Below are positions 1 through 11,792 of a stretch of DNA of 64,000 nt, piece by piece. The DNA lies in contig OY730476.1 in the NCBI GenBank assembly GCA_963422735.1, forward strand, positions 4,512,001-4,576,000, given 5' to 3'. Position 1 is the first letter of the stretch. Every line of letters starts with the position of its first letter. The notes below the pieces were generated by a model. It had not been told where the DNA came from. It searched no databases and saw only the letters and a list, made by a program, of their open reading frames with translations. The stretch is from Candidatus Latescibacterota bacterium. GTDB lineage: Bacteria > Latescibacterota > UBA2968 > UBA8231. A program made the position numbers and the translations under genes.

Positions 1-306
1 TGCGCTCAGCGCGTTGAGTAGCTTGGGTACGCCCGCGTAGGGTTGGGTTTTGGCCCGCCAGCGCTGGCTGTACTCGGCTTCCATCTCGGCCTTGGTGCGC
101 GCGACGGAAGCGTCGTCGCGGGCCGTAGCTGGCAGGGCACAGCGCACCAAGTTTGCAATGCCGTTGCCGACGAAGTAGCGGTACGCGTCAGTGGGATGCG
201 GGGGGTGTCCGGCTGCAGTGAGCGCGGCGTTGGTAGAATCCGCCAAGTCAGCGAGCGTGTCGAGCAGGGTACCGTCGAGGTCGAAAATTGCGGCCGCAAA
301 GCGCAT
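1..306 (-). CDS. HAD-family hydrolase, phosphoglycolate phosphatase-like (runs off the window start)
   Basis: Not in the ORF track. Manual translation from ATG at 306: MRFAAAIFDLDGTLLDTLADLADSTNAAL...YFVGNG...PYAGV. Contains HAD motif I DLDGT. Confidence 0.85.
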   Translation of the reverse strand, partial: MRFAAAIFDLDGTLLDTLADLADSTNAALTAAGHPPHPTDAYRYFVGNGIANLVRCALPATARDDASVARTKAEMEAEYSQRWRAKTQPYAGVPKLLNALSA

Positions 307-314
307 GGACGGCT

Positions 315-1088
315 TTACTCTGGGGTGACATAAGCGGCGGTGATGCCGCCATCAACGACGAAGGTCGCGCCGGTGATGAAGGAAGCGTCGTCCGAGGCCA
401 AGAAGATGACCGTGCGGGCGATCTCCTCAGCCTCGCCGAAGCGGCCCATGGGGATGTGGACCAAGCGGCGCTGTCGCTTTTCTTTGCTATCGAGATATTT
501 CATCAGCAGTTCGGTTCGCAGAGGGCCGGGGCAGAGTGCGTTGACGCGGATGTTTTCGCATGCGTGGACAACGGCTAGCTCGCGCGTCAGCGCGAGGACG
601 CCTCCCTTGCTGGCGGTGTAGGCCAATTGGGGCGTGGCCGCTCCGAGCAAGGCGACAAAAGAGGCGGTGTTGACGATCGCGCCGCCGCCGGCGCGGCGCA
701 GGGCCGGAATGCCGTATTTGCAGCCCAAAAAGACGCCTTTGAGATTGACGGCCATGGTCAGGTCCCAGACCTCTTCTTCGGTGTCGATGGCGTCGGCGTC
801 GGCGTGGTGTGAGATCCCGGCGTTGTTGAACAGCACGTCGAGGCGACCATAAGCGGCTTCGGCTTGCTGCACCATGCGCTCGCAGTCGGCGGTGTGGGAC
901 ACGTCGGCCGCGATGGCGATGGCCTGTCCGTTGTCGGCCGCGATGGCGGCAGCCGTTTGCTCGGCCGTGGCCGCATTGATGTCAACGGCCGCAATGTGTG
1001 CGCCTTCACGGGCGCAGTGCAGCGCGGTTTGGTGGCCGATGCCCGAGCCGGCACCGGTGATGAGGACGACTTTGTCAGCGAGTCTCAT
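315..1088 (-). CDS. Short-chain dehydrogenase/reductase
   Basis: TGAGSGIG Rossmann motif, NNAG, YTASK catalytic motif. 4-bp overlap with lpdA. Confidence 0.93.
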   Translation of the reverse strand: MRLADKVVLITGAGSGIGHQTALHCAREGAHIAAVDINAATAEQTAAAIAADNGQAIAIAADVSHTADCERMVQQAEAAYGRLDVLFNNAGISHHADADAIDTEEEVWDLTMAVNLKGVFLGCKYGIPALRRAGGGAIVNTASFVALLGAATPQLAYTASKGGVLALTRELAVVHACENIRVNALCPGPLRTELLMKYLDSKEKRQRRLVHIPMGRFGEAEEIARTVIFLASDDASFITGATFVVDGGITAAYVTPE

Positions 1089-2467
1089 GGCACGATGTCT
1101 CGCGCCGCCTCGCCTACGACTTCTGACAGCGCCGGATGCGCGTGGACGGTGCGGGCCAGATCCTCGGCACTCGCGCCGAACTCTAGGGCGAAGACGCCCT
1201 CGGCAATCAAATGCGAAGCCTGCGGCCCTAGGATGTGCATTCCCAAGAGCTGATCGGTGTGCGCATCAGCGACGATTTTGACTAGGCCGTCAATGTCGTC
1301 CATGCAGTGGGCGCGGGCATTGCCGCGAAATGGGTACTTGCCGACGGCGACCTCGCGCCCGGCCGCGGTGGCTGCTTCCTCGCTTGCACCCACGGAGGCC
1401 AGTTCTGGGTGAGTGTACACGACCGCGGGTATGGCCCCGTAATTGACCTGCCCGGCGCGTCCGGCCATCCGCTCTGCCACCGCGATCCCTTCGGCCTCGG
1501 CCTTGTGGGCCAACATCGCTCCGGGTATGAGGTCGCCGATGGCCCAGATGCCCTCGACATTGGTGCGCCACTGCGCGTCAACCAAGACCTGTCCTCGCTC
1601 GTTGATTGCCGCGCCCACGTCTCCCAGCCCCAACCCCGCGCTGCATGGTTTGCGCCCTACGGCCACCAATACCTGATCGCACGTCTCGACGCGCTGCTGA
1701 CCGCCGGCCGCTATGGTCAGCGTCACTTGGCCTTCTGCGATCGCGGCTGTTTGGGCCTTGGCCCCAAGCAGAAACGTTAGCCCCTGTCGCTTGAGTAGCC
1801 GCTCTAGCTGCCGGGCCATCTCTTGGTCCATCCCCGGTAAAATCTGATCCATGGCCTCTACTATGAGCACTTGGGCACCCAGCCTCGACCACACGGACCC
1901 CAGCTCCAGCCCAATGGCACCGCCGCCAATGACGACGAGCCGCTCCGGCACTTTTTTCAACGTTAGAGCCTCGGTCGAACTGATTACGTGCTCGCCGTCA
2001 AAGGGCAGGTTCGGCAGTTCCACAGGTACGCTCCCGGTGGCCAATAGGATGTGCTTGGCAGACAGTACCTGCTCGCCGCTAGCACCTTGCACCGACACGC
2101 TTTTCGGGGCGAGGACTTGGCCCGTACCGACGAAATGCGCCACCGCCCGGCCCTTAAACAGCCCCTCAATACCCTTGGTCATGGTCTGCACGATTTTCTC
2201 TTTCCGCGCCATCATGGCCCGCAGGTCCAAGCCTACTTCGCCCTGCCCGATTCCGTGGTGTCCCAACCCCTTCTTGGCTCTGTAGAACAAGGCACTTGAC
2301 TCCAGCAGGGCCTTGCTGGGGATGCAGCCGACATTGAGGCAGGTGCCGCCGAGGTAGCTTTTGTCAATGCAGGCCACCTTCATGCCGAGTTGCGCCGCCT
2401 TGCTCGCGGCCACGTAGCCGCCCGGCCCTGCGCCGATAACCACTAAGTCGAATGCAGTGTCGCGCAC
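1085..2467 (-). CDS. lpdA: Dihydrolipoyl dehydrogenase (E3)
   Basis: GAGPGGY, GGTCLNVGCIPSK redox disulfide, HAHPALSE C-terminal motif; downstream of sucAB. Confidence 0.96.
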   Translation of the reverse strand: MRDTAFDLVVIGAGPGGYVAASKAAQLGMKVACIDKSYLGGTCLNVGCIPSKALLESSALFYRAKKGLGHHGIGQGEVGLDLRAMMARKEKIVQTMTKGIEGLFKGRAVAHFVGTGQVLAPKSVSVQGASGEQVLSAKHILLATGSVPVELPNLPFDGEHVISSTEALTLKKVPERLVVIGGGAIGLELGSVWSRLGAQVLIVEAMDQILPGMDQEMARQLERLLKRQGLTFLLGAKAQTAAIAEGQVTLTIAAGGQQRVETCDQVLVAVGRKPCSAGLGLGDVGAAINERGQVLVDAQWRTNVEGIWAIGDLIPGAMLAHKAEAEGIAVAERMAGRAGQVNYGAIPAVVYTHPELASVGASEEAATAAGREVAVGKYPFRGNARAHCMDDIDGLVKIVADAHTDQLLGMHILGPQASHLIAEGVFALEFGASAEDLARTVHAHPALSEVVGEAARDIVP

Positions 2468-2480
2468 GGTTGTTCCTCTC

Positions 2481-3164
2481 TTAAAATATCCTTTCGATAT
2501 GCAATGACAGGTTCTTTAGCTTCGATAAACCATTAATTTCATCTGTCATCGCAACATAGCTTGATAGTGGGAGAAAAGTATTAGCGTAAGAAGAAAAATA
2601 TTGGTAATGAATTCCTCTTTCACAAACAAACTCTACCAAATTTATCCCATGTGTATTAAGGACATGAGAAAACTCATTGGCTGAATCTAAGTCTTGACTG
2701 CTTGGCTTACTACAATCATAGTAATATGGATCTGAATTTGGGTGATTATGAAAGATTAATACGGACGTATAATTTTCTTGCTCAGCAATATTGGCAAATA
2801 CAGGGAAACTACATATCTATCAAACCCTTTATTTAACCAAATCAAGTTGATTTTTTGTTCGTTTTCAAAAGCGACAATAATCCACTCGTGTTTTTTATAT
2901 TTTAGCAGTGCTGCTGCAACTGATGGAAAATCAAAAAGGCTTTCATTTATTTGATAAAATTTTCCATTTGGATTCATAAGCTTCTTATTCTTTATTTACA
3001 CTGAGCTCTCCTGTGGCGAATGAAAAGTATTCACAAACTTGTTTTTTTCTCTTTTTTCCTCCTAATTGTCTTACTTCGTCCTCATTTAATGGTCGAAGAC
3101 GTGTAAATACAAAGACAAGGCTAATAAGTCCCAAGATACCAACCAAAACTAAAATCAAATCCAT
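2481..3164 (-). pseudogene. Low-GC frameshifted gene: N-terminal TM helix plus JAB/MPN (RadC-like) metalloprotease domain
   Basis: Three frame segments: MDLILVLVGILGLISLVFVFTRLRP...NKE*; MNPNGKFY...KHEWIIVAFE...; ...TSVLIFHNHPNSDPYYYDCSKPSSQDL...HIERIF*. Shows the E...HxH...PSxxD JAB motif. Visibly AT-rich. Confidence 0.65.
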
Positions 3165-3378
3165 CCGGCAATGCTCTTCAACAAAAATGACACCTAACCT
3201 ATTGACTACTTAACAGGCAATCCTACTCAATAGAATTATCCCAGTGCCTTCATATAGTCCTCACCCCGTGCTCGCGCAACCAACTCTTCAGGGGCACATC
3301 GGCTTCTGCGGGTTTTGATATCCACGCCGTCACCGAGCAACATTATCGGGCGAGTGGCGCAGTTTCTCCAGCCTCCCA

Positions 3379-4578
3379 CTACACCTCCAGCATCAACCGC
3401 GCCGGATCTTCCAACAGTTCCTTTATCCGCACCAAAAACGAAACCGACTGTTGCCCATCGACGAGCCGATGATCGTAGGACAGTGCCACGTACATCATCT
3501 GCCTGATCGCCACTTGGCCTTCCACGGCCACGGGCCGCTCTTGGATCGCGTGCATCCCCAGAATTCCACTTTGCGGCGCGTTTAGAATCGGCGTAGAAAG
3601 CAGCGAGCCAAAGATCCCGCCGTTGGTGATGGTAAAGGTGCCGCCGCTTAGCTCGGCCATGGCTAGCTTGTTGTCGCGGGCACTCAGCGCGAGTCGCTTG
3701 ATGTGGCTTTCGAGCTGGGCGATGGACATCTGCTCCGCGTGGTGCAAAACCGGTACGACTAGACCACGCTGAGTGCTCACCGCGATCCCCAAATTGACGA
3801 AGTCGTGATACACAATGTGCGTACCGTCGATCTGTGCGTTGATCGATGGGAACTCGCCGAGCGCGAGGACAGCGGCCCGCGAGAAAAAGGACATCAGCCC
3901 CAGCGACGCACCGTGGACTTGGGCAAAGCGCTCCTTGTACTTGGCCCGAAGTTGCATAACCCCGCTCATGTCGATTTCGTTGAAGGTCGTCAGCATGGCC
4001 GCGTTGTGCTGGGCGGCGACCAAGTGCTCGGCAATGCGCTGGCGGAGCCGGCTCATCGGTTCGCGGCGGATGGGATCGGGACCAGCGGGCGCAGGCGGCG
4101 GTTTAATAGGAGCGGCGGGCGCAGGTGGTGGCGGAGTGGGTTCGGGGACTGATGGCGGTTGAGTGGGTTCGGGCGCGGGCAGAGCCTCTATGTGGGCGAG
4201 TACGTCCTTCTTCGTCAGCCGCCCGTCCTTACCCGTGCCCTCAATTGCGGCCGGCTCTAGCTCGTGCTCTTCGACTAAGCGGCGCACGGCTGGGCTTAGG
4301 ACGGGTTCGGGTTGGGAGGCCGGGACAGGAGCGGCGGATTCTTCTGTTTCCTCTATCTCCGCGACTACAGCCCCTATAGCTAGGGTGGTGTCGATAGGTT
4401 GTAGGTGTTTGAGAGTGCCACCGGCTGGGGATGGCAGATCGACGTTGGCCTTGTCGGTCTCTAGTACGCAGAGTGGCTCGTCCTGCTCGACGCGCTCGCC
4501 GTCGCCCTTGAGCCACTCGAGGAGAATTACCTCGCTGACCGATTCGCCCATGCCCGGTATTTCGACTTGTACTGACAT
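3379..4578 (-). CDS. sucB: 2-oxoglutarate dehydrogenase E2, dihydrolipoyllysine succinyltransferase
   Basis: Lipoyl domain ETDKA, E3-binding [10 protein letters not shown], catalytic DHRLVDG. Confidence 0.96.
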   Translation of the reverse strand: MSVQVEIPGMGESVSEVILLEWLKGDGERVEQDEPLCVLETDKANVDLPSPAGGTLKHLQPIDTTLAIGAVVAEIEETEESAAPVPASQPEPVLSPAVRRLVEEHELEPAAIEGTGKDGRLTKKDVLAHIEALPAPEPTQPPSVPEPTPPPPAPAAPIKPPPAPAGPDPIRREPMSRLRQRIAEHLVAAQHNAAMLTTFNEIDMSGVMQLRAKYKERFAQVHGASLGLMSFFSRAAVLALGEFPSINAQIDGTHIVYHDFVNLGIAVSTQRGLVVPVLHHAEQMSIAQLESHIKRLALSARDNKLAMAELSGGTFTITNGGIFGSLLSTPILNAPQSGILGMHAIQERPVAVEGQVAIRQMMYVALSYDHRLVDGQQSVSFLVRIKELLEDPARLMLEV

Positions 4579-4588
4579 GCAAATGCTC

Positions 4589-7387
4589 CTAACCAGATTG
4601 CCGCCGCTGATGCAGCACCATGCCGCGGTCGCGGCCCAGTGCCTGCTCGACGATTTCCCGTTGCTCGGCTTCGTGAAGGAGTCCCGATCCGGTAGCCGGG
4701 CTGGCCGCTTCGTCGCGGCCCACGTAGTTCAGCTCGCAGTGTGCGGGCAGCAGTTCGTCCAGGTGGGGTCGGATGAAGCTCCAAGCCCCCATGTTTTGCG
4801 ATTCTTCCTGTACCCAGTAGAATTGCTCGACTGCGGGATAGCGGTCGAACGCAGCTTGGAGTTCGGCGGCCGGAAACGGATAGAGTTCCTCGACGCGCAG
4901 TAGCGCTACTCCATCGCTGCCGTTCCGCTCGCCGCAGGCGGCCACCAAGTCGTAGTATATCTTGCCGGTGCACAACACCACCCGGCCGACGGTGGCTGGA
5001 TCGGCGACGTCCGCGTCGTCGATAACCCGCTGAAACGTCCCGGCGGAAAACTCTTCTAGCTCTGAGACGCATTGCTTGTGCCGCAGGAGGCTTTTGGGGG
5101 TCATCAGCACCAGCGGCTTGCGGAAGTTGCGGTGGATCTGCCGTCGCAAGATGTGAAAAAACTGCGCTGGTGTGGTGGGATATGCCACCTGCATGTTGTT
5201 TTTGGCGCACAGTTGTAAGAAGCGCTCCAGTCGCGCACTCGAGTGATCTGGCCCCATGCCCTCGTAGCCGTGGGGCAACAGCAGCACCAATCCGCACATC
5301 CGCTGCCACTTGGCTTCGGCGCTGGAGAGGAATTGGTCGATGATCATCTGCGCGCCGTTGACGAAGTCGCCGAACTGGGCTTCCCACAAGACCAAGCGCC
5401 TCGGGTCCGCCGCACTGACCCCGTATTCAAAGCCGAGTACCGCCAGCTCCGACAGCATGGTGTTGAGCACGACGAAGTCGGCTTGGTCCCGCTCCAAACA
5501 CTGCAGGGGGATGTGCTCTGCACCCGTTTCGGTGTCGTGCCAGACGGCGTGGCGGTGAGCAAAAGTACCGCGCTGGCTATCTTGGCCGGTCAGGCGCACC
5601 GGCACCCCCTCCCGCAGTAACGAGCCGAAGGCCATCACCTCGCTGCAGCCCCAGTCAATGGGGGTCTGACCGGCGGCCATGGCGCGGCGCGCTTTGGCCA
5701 TCCTCTCGATTGTGCGGTGCAGCGAGAACCCTTTGGGGACTTGGGTCACCCGCTCGACGATCTGCCGCAGGATCTTGGCATCAACAGCCGTTTGTGCGCT
5801 CCAGTCATCGGGTGCCCAAGTCAGGCCCTGCCAGACGCCTCCGAAAGACGCAGTATGGGGCTGGACTTGCAGGCGGCGGGCGATTTGCTGGGCTTCTTCC
5901 AGCCGGGCGCGGATCCGCGCCCGGGTATCGTCGGATTCCTCTTGGGAGATTTTGTTCTGGGCAATGAGCTGGAAGGAATAGAGATGGAAGATCGTCGGAT
6001 GCTCGGCGATCTTTTGGTACATCAGCGGTTGGGTTAGGGTCGGGTCGTCGGCCTCGTTGTGGCCGTGGCGGCGATAACACCACAAATCGATGATGACATC
6101 CACCTTGAAGCGGTTCCTGAACTCCATCGCTACTTGCGCTGCTTGTACTACCGCATCGGGATCGTCGGCGTTGACGTGGAAGACCGGGGCCTGAATCTCC
6201 TTGGCTACGTCGGTTGGATAGGGGGTAAAGCGCGTCTCGTCGGCTGGGGCGGTGTAGCCGAGCTGATTGTTGATGATGATGTGGATGGTGCCGCCGGTGC
6301 GGTAGCCGGGCAATTCAGAAAGATTGAGGGTCTCAGAGACTATTCCTTGGCCGGTAAAGGCGGCCTCGCCGTGGATGAGCACCGGAACCACTCGCCCTCC
6401 TTCCTCGTCGTGCAAGTAGGCCTGCTTGGCATAGACGATGCCCTCGATGACCGGGTCAACTAGCTCCAGATGACTGGGGTTGAAACTCAGCGAGAGATGG
6501 ACCTTGCGCCCCGCGTTGGTGACGTGGTCGTAGGAATAGCCCTTGTGGTATTTGACGTCGCCCTCGTCGTCGTCGCGATCGATGCGGTCGGCTCCCTCGA
6601 ACTCAGCGAAGATCTTCTCGTAGGGCTTGTGCAAAAGGTGCGCTAGCACGTTGAGTCGGCCGCGGTGGGCCATGCCGATGACGATCTCTTCGACGCCTAG
6701 CTCAGAGCCGGTGCTGACCAGCTCGTCCAAGAGCGGCACCATGGACTCGCCCCCTTCAAGCGAGAAGCGCTTTTGCCCGACGTAGCGCGTGTGCAAAAAC
6801 TGCTCAAACTCCTCGGCGGCAATCAGCCGCGCGAGCACTTGGCGCGTCGCTTCTTCGGACAAGTTAGGGTTGTTGAGGCAAGGTTCGATCCGCTCTTGTA
6901 GCCAGTCGCGCTGATCCTTGTCTGGGATGTCCATGTATTCGACGCCAATGGAGCGACAATACGTGGCTTTCAGCTTGCTCAACAGCCCCTTTAATGTCCC
7001 GTCCGTGCGCCCGAGGAATCCGCCGTTGCCCACACTCTTTTCGAGGTCTTCTTCGGCGAGGCCAAATTCCACCAGATCCAACAGCGGCAGGCTCTGGCGG
7101 TTGTGCCCCAGCGGGTCGAGGCGGGCGACGAAGTGGCCCATTTGCCGATAGGCCTGCACGAGGGCTTGGACGCCTTCGAGGACCAAAAGGCCCTCGGTGG
7201 TCTCTATCGACTGCTGCGGCAAGACTTCTACTGGTTGGCTAGTGGTCGCAGAACGTGCGAAGCCGAATTCAAAGCCGCGGAAAAAGTGCTGCCACTCCTC
7301 TGGGATCGCGCTGGGATCGCGCTGGTACTGGGCATAGAGATCTTCAATGTACTCGGTGTTTTCAATATGGGTGTTGAAGGACGACAT
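4589..7387 (-). CDS. sucA: 2-oxoglutarate dehydrogenase E1
   Basis: [39 protein letters not shown]. Confidence 0.97.
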   Translation of the reverse strand: MSSFNTHIENTEYIEDLYAQYQRDPSAIPEEWQHFFRGFEFGFARSATTSQPVEVLPQQSIETTEGLLVLEGVQALVQAYRQMGHFVARLDPLGHNRQSLPLLDLVEFGLAEEDLEKSVGNGGFLGRTDGTLKGLLSKLKATYCRSIGVEYMDIPDKDQRDWLQERIEPCLNNPNLSEEATRQVLARLIAAEEFEQFLHTRYVGQKRFSLEGGESMVPLLDELVSTGSELGVEEIVIGMAHRGRLNVLAHLLHKPYEKIFAEFEGADRIDRDDDEGDVKYHKGYSYDHVTNAGRKVHLSLSFNPSHLELVDPVIEGIVYAKQAYLHDEEGGRVVPVLIHGEAAFTGQGIVSETLNLSELPGYRTGGTIHIIINNQLGYTAPADETRFTPYPTDVAKEIQAPVFHVNADDPDAVVQAAQVAMEFRNRFKVDVIIDLWCYRRHGHNEADDPTLTQPLMYQKIAEHPTIFHLYSFQLIAQNKISQEESDDTRARIRARLEEAQQIARRLQVQPHTASFGGVWQGLTWAPDDWSAQTAVDAKILRQIVERVTQVPKGFSLHRTIERMAKARRAMAAGQTPIDWGCSEVMAFGSLLREGVPVRLTGQDSQRGTFAHRHAVWHDTETGAEHIPLQCLERDQADFVVLNTMLSELAVLGFEYGVSAADPRRLVLWEAQFGDFVNGAQMIIDQFLSSAEAKWQRMCGLVLLLPHGYEGMGPDHSSARLERFLQLCAKNNMQVAYPTTPAQFFHILRRQIHRNFRKPLVLMTPKSLLRHKQCVSELEEFSAGTFQRVIDDADVADPATVGRVVLCTGKIYYDLVAACGERNGSDGVALLRVEELYPFPAAELQAAFDRYPAVEQFYWVQEESQNMGAWSFIRPHLDELLPAHCELNYVGRDEAASPATGSGLLHEAEQREIVEQALGRDRGMVLHQRRQSG

Positions 7388-7617
7388 GGGGCGGCTCCGG
7401 TTGTTAAATTATAAACCTAAAACCTTACTACACGACACCTGATCTGAGTGCGCGTTTTTAGTGTCGCTTTGGAAAGGCGGGCCAGTTGAGACCCTAGTGT
7501 CGTGTATAGCTAAAATAGAGACAATTTTTATTGGCGACAATTTACCCTTATGTGCTGACGATGTCGCCTGAAGCAAAGATCGCAAGAGAAATTGCGTGGT
7601 TTCTCCCCGTCGCCCCG

Positions 7618-7737
7618 CTGGATTCCCGCTTTCACCTGCCTGTGCGTTGCACACATACAGGCGGGAATGACGAGTCTCAGGCCCGCTCCGGCCTAGGGCC
7701 CAACGGGGGCGTCATTCCTGCGGAAGCAGGAATCTAG
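7618..7737. repeat. Pair of ATTCCC/GGGAAT-type REP palindromes
   Basis: ctggattcccgc...gcgggaatgacg (7618-7672, with a nested hairpin) and gtcattcctgcggaagcaggaatctag (7711-7737), in opposite orientations. Confidence 0.7.
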
Positions 7738-7764
7738 CGCATGGACCACTCCGCGAACTAACTT

Positions 7765-7833
7765 GTAGAGACAAGCCTCTGTGCCTGTCTTGGCCGGGTC
7801 GGGATTGGGGCTGCCACAAGGGACGACCCCTAC
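7765..7833. repeat. GTAG-type REP doublet (REPIN-like, degenerate)
   Basis: gtagagacaagcctctgtgcctgtct ... ggggctgccacaagggacgacccctac; GTAG and CTAC termini. Confidence 0.55.
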
Positions 7834-7938
7834 GATAAACTTTGTCGCTGCCTAGGCCTGCGCCCTGCGGCCCAATCCTTGAGCAGCTAAACGGCAACGC
7901 TTACATTCACTTCGGCCTTTCCCTTCAGAAAGTATCCC

Positions 7939-10900
7939 ATGCTACTCGCCTTTGTCGGCCCTCCGGCCCTGTCGTCTCTTCGCCGCCGGTCGCTCCTAGT
8001 GCGCTGCCAGCGTTGTGCGCCCGAAGTTGAGGATTTGTGCGCTGCGTACTTCTATGCCGTGCAATGTACGCGCGTCCTAGCTGACGACGAGATGAGGCGG
8101 CTCATGCACATCCTCGACGTGGACGCAGCCCTGCCGGCGCGGGCGCACAACGAGGTGGCCATTGGCCCGCGGCCGGGCACGACATCCCCGTGGTCGAGCA
8201 AGGCTACGGACATCCTCAAAAACTGCGGCCTAGCATTCGTGCGCCGCGTCGAGCGCGGTACGCTCTATACCTTTGCCGCCGATAGTTTGCCCAGCGCGGT
8301 CTTGCCGCTGCTCTACGACCGCATGACCGAGGCTCCGCTCGACTCCTTGGAGGCCCTCTTTCGCCGCGTGGAGCCCAAACCGCTAGTCTACATCCCGGTG
8401 CGGGCCGAGGGGCGGCGTGCGCTTGAGGTCGCCAATCGCGAGATGGGCTTGGCCCTCTCAGACGAGGAAGTTGACTACGCGCTGCACGCCTTTGCGGGCC
8501 GCGACCCGACCGACGTGGAGCTGATGATGTTTGCGGTGGTCAACTCCGAGCACTGCCGCCACAAAATTTTCAACGCCGATTGGATCATCGACGGCCAGCG
8601 CGAAGCGCACTCGCTCTTCGACATGATTCGCCACACGCATGCCGCTCACCCGCAAGGCACGGTTAAGGCGTATTCCGACAACGCCGGTGTGATCGAGGGC
8701 TTTGCCGTGCCGATCTTCGGCCCAGACGAGGGCTTTCGCTATGGATACCGCCAACGGCAGACCCATGTCTTGATCAAGGTCGAGACCCACAACCATCCCA
8801 CCGCCATCGCACCCTATCCCGGGGCGTCCACCGGAGTCGGGGGGGAGATCCGCGACGAGGGGGCGGCCGGCACCGGCGGCTGGTCGCAGGCGGGCCTGTG
8901 TGCCTTTTTCACCTCGCATCTGCACCTTCCTGGGTTTGCCCAGCCTTGGGAAAAAGAGCGTGCGGCCTTCCCAGATCGCTTGGCTACCCCGCTCGCTATA
9001 ATGACCGAAGGGCCGATCGGCGGCGCGGCCTTTGGCAATGAATTCGGCCGGCCCAACATCCTGGGGATGTTCCGCACCCTGGAAGACGACAGCACCGGGG
9101 GGTGGCGCGGCTACCACAAGCCCATCATGGTCGCTGGCGGCGTTGGCCTCATAGACGCCGCGCACGTCGAAAAGAAAATCCCGGCCGCGGGCGATTGCGT
9201 CATTCAGCTCGGGGGGCCGGCCATGCTCATCGGCCTCGGCGGCGGCGCGGCCTCTAGTATGGACACAGGTGCCAACAGCGAGGACCTCGATTTCGCCTCC
9301 GTGCAGCGCGACAACCCCGAGATGCAGCGCCGCTGCCAAGAGCTAATCAGCCGCTGCATCTTGCTCGGTGTGGAAAATCCCATCATCAGCATCCACGACG
9401 TGGGGGCCGGCGGCCTGTCCAATGCCTGCCCGGAACTGGTGGCCGATGTGGGGGCGCGCTTTGATTTGCGCGCCATTCACAACGACGACCCGGGCATGAG
9501 TCCCATGCAGATTTGGAGCAACGAGGCGCAAGAGCGCTACGTGCTGGTGGTGGGCCGCGCCGATTTGGATCGCTTTGCCGAACTGGCCGCGCGCGAGCGC
9601 TGCCTGTTTGCAGTCATCGGCGAAGTCACTGGCGACGGTGCGCTGTCGCTCGACGACGCGCTGCTCGGCGGCAAGCCCATCGACGACCTCGACCTAGCGG
9701 TCATTTTGGGCAAGCCGCCCAAGATGCTGCGCCGCGCGACGAGCAACCAGCCCGTGCGGCAACCCCTCGCCTTAGAGGAACTTTCGCTAGCCGAGGCCGC
9801 CGAGCGCGTGCTCCGCTTTCCGGCCGTAGCGGCCAAGACCTTTCTCGTCGCCATTGCCGACCGCACGGTCACGGGCTTGGTGGCCCGCGATCAGATGGTT
9901 GGTCCCCATCAGGTGCCGGTCGCGGATTTGGCTTTGACCTGCCACTCCTTTCGGGGGTACACCGGGTCGGCCATGGCCATGGGCGAGCGCACGCCCCTCG
10001 CCTTGGTGGATGCACGGGCGTCCGGGCGCGTGGCCATTGCCGAGGCCATCACCAACATTGCCTCGGCGCACATTGGCCCGATTCACCGCATCAAGCTGTC
10101 GGGCAACTGGATGTGCGCCTGCGGTGAAGAGGGCGAAGACGCGGCCTTGTACGACGCGGTGCGCGCAGTAGGGTTGGAGTTTTGCCCGGCATTGGGAGTG
10201 TCGATCCCGGTGGGCAAAGACTCGCTGTCCATGCGGGCGGTGTGGGAAGACGCCGAGGGCATGGCGCACAAAGTAGTCGCGCCTTTGAGCTTGGTCGTCT
10301 CGGCCTTCGCGCCGGTGGACGACGTGCGCCGCCACGCCACGCCCGATCTAAAGCGCGTCGGCCGCACCCGGTTGCTGCTCGTGGATTTGGGCCGTGGGCA
10401 AAACCGTCTCGGCGGCTCTTGCCTCGCCCAGGTGTACAATCAAATCGGCAGCGAGGCTCCAGACGTAGATGCACGCGATGTGCGCTGTTTGTACGAGGCC
10501 ATACAGACTTTGCTCAGCCAAAATCTCGTGCTCGCGTACCACGACCGCTCCGACGGCGGCCTCTTCACGGCGGTGGCCGAGATGGCGTTTGCGGGCCGCT
10601 GTGGCGTGGAGTTGGAAGTTGCCGCGCTGGGCCGCGATCTGCTCGCCGCGCTCTTTTCCGAGGAAGTGGGCGTTGTGATCCAATACCGCGCCGAGGATGA
10701 GGAAGCCGTGTATAAGGTTTTTGCAGATCAGGCTCTCACCGATTGGGTGCATGACATAGGCCAGCCCGTTGACGATTTGCATCTGCGCGTTTGCAGCAGC
10801 GGCGATCTCGTCTATGCTGCTCCACTGCTCGACCTCCACGCAGCGTGGGCTGAGCTGACGTATCGGATGCAGGCCCACCGCGACGACCCGGACTGCGCCC

Positions 10901-11775
10901 GCGAAGAGTACGAGGCCCTTGCCGATGGGCAGGATCCGGGCCTGAGCTTCCACTTGGCACACAAAGCCGCTCCGACCATAGGCGGGAAGGCTCGGCCCCG
11001 CGTGGCGATACTGCGTGAACAGGGCATCAACGGCCAGGTGGAAATGGCTGCGGCTTTTGACGCAGCCGCCTGCGAGGCGGTTGACGTGACCATGACCGAC
11101 CTGTTGGCAGGCCGCGTCGAGTTGAATTCATTCCACGGGCTGGCTGCCTGCGGCGGCTTTAGCTACGGCGATGTGCTCGGGGCCGGGGCCGGCTGGGCGC
11201 GTTCGATCCTCTTCCACGATCGCCTGTGCGAGCAATTCGCCGCCTTCTTTGAGCGGCCAGATACCTTTTCCTTGGGGGTGTGCAATGGCTGCCAGATGCT
11301 GTCGCACCTCAAGGGGCTGATCCCGGGCGCGGCCAATTGGCCGCAATTTGTGCGCAACCGCTCCGAGCAGTTTGAGGCGCGGTTTGCCACCGTAGAGGTG
11401 CTGGAGAGCCAATCGGTGCTCTTGCGCGGCATGGAAGGGTCGCGCCTGCCCATTGCGGTGGCGCACGGCGAGGGCCGCGTCCAATTTGGCGACGATCAGG
11501 CACTAGAACGAGCGCGGACGCAACATCAGCTCTGCCTGTGCTACGTGGATAACTACGGTCGCCCGGCCGAGCGCTATCCGTCCAATCCCAACGGCTCGCC
11601 CGGCGGGTTGACGGCCTTCACCACTGCTGACGGTCGCGCCACCATTGTGATGCCGCACCCAGAGCGCGTCTTCCGCAATGTGCAGTTGTCATGGCGTCCT
11701 ACCGAGTGGACGGGCGAAGAAGGACCTTGGCTGAAGCTATTTCAGAATGCCCGAGACTTTGCGGACGCGAGCTGA
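7939..11775 (+). CDS. purL: Phosphoribosylformylglycinamidine synthase, large single-chain type
   Basis: [39 protein letters not shown]; 1278 aa. Confidence 0.98.
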   Translation: MLLAFVGPPALSSLRRRSLLVRCQRCAPEVEDLCAAYFYAVQCTRVLADDEMRRLMHILDVDAALPARAHNEVAIGPRPGTTSPWSSKATDILKNCGLAFVRRVERGTLYTFAADSLPSAVLPLLYDRMTEAPLDSLEALFRRVEPKPLVYIPVRAEGRRALEVANREMGLALSDEEVDYALHAFAGRDPTDVELMMFAVVNSEHCRHKIFNADWIIDGQREAHSLFDMIRHTHAAHPQGTVKAYSDNAGVIEGFAVPIFGPDEGFRYGYRQRQTHVLIKVETHNHPTAIAPYPGASTGVGGEIRDEGAAGTGGWSQAGLCAFFTSHLHLPGFAQPWEKERAAFPDRLATPLAIMTEGPIGGAAFGNEFGRPNILGMFRTLEDDSTGGWRGYHKPIMVAGGVGLIDAAHVEKKIPAAGDCVIQLGGPAMLIGLGGGAASSMDTGANSEDLDFASVQRDNPEMQRRCQELISRCILLGVENPIISIHDVGAGGLSNACPELVADVGARFDLRAIHNDDPGMSPMQIWSNEAQERYVLVVGRADLDRFAELAARERCLFAVIGEVTGDGALSLDDALLGGKPIDDLDLAVILGKPPKMLRRATSNQPVRQPLALEELSLAEAAERVLRFPAVAAKTFLVAIADRTVTGLVARDQMVGPHQVPVADLALTCHSFRGYTGSAMAMGERTPLALVDARASGRVAIAEAITNIASAHIGPIHRIKLSGNWMCACGEEGEDAALYDAVRAVGLEFCPALGVSIPVGKDSLSMRAVWEDAEGMAHKVVAPLSLVVSAFAPVDDVRRHATPDLKRVGRTRLLLVDLGRGQNRLGGSCLAQVYNQIGSEAPDVDARDVRCLYEAIQTLLSQNLVLAYHDRSDGGLFTAVAEMAFAGRCGVELEVAALGRDLLAALFSEEVGVVIQYRAEDEEAVYKVFADQALTDWVHDIGQPVDDLHLRVCSSGDLVYAAPLLDLHAAWAELTYRMQAHRDDPDCAREEYEALADGQDPGLSFHLAHKAAPTIGGKARPRVAILREQGINGQVEMAAAFDAAACEAVDVTMTDLLAGRVELNSFHGLAACGGFSYGDVLGAGAGWARSILFHDRLCEQFAAFFERPDTFSLGVCNGCQMLSHLKGLIPGAANWPQFVRNRSEQFEARFATVEVLESQSVLLRGMEGSRLPIAVAHGEGRVQFGDDQALERARTQHQLCLCYVDNYGRPAERYPSNPNGSPGGLTAFTTADGRATIVMPHPERVFRNVQLSWRPTEWTGEEGPWLKLFQNARDFADAS

Positions 11776-11792
11776 CTAAGAAGATCCACAGC

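Noticed and set aside
3190-3220. Integron att site before the AT-rich JAB gene (GTTAAGT and GTTAGGT on the minus strand)
   Set aside because: No matching RYYYAAC or attC hairpin at the gene's 3' end, and no integrase in the window.
7440-7938. Purine or ZTP riboswitch upstream of purL
   Set aside because: No recognisable consensus; the structure is explained by REP elements.
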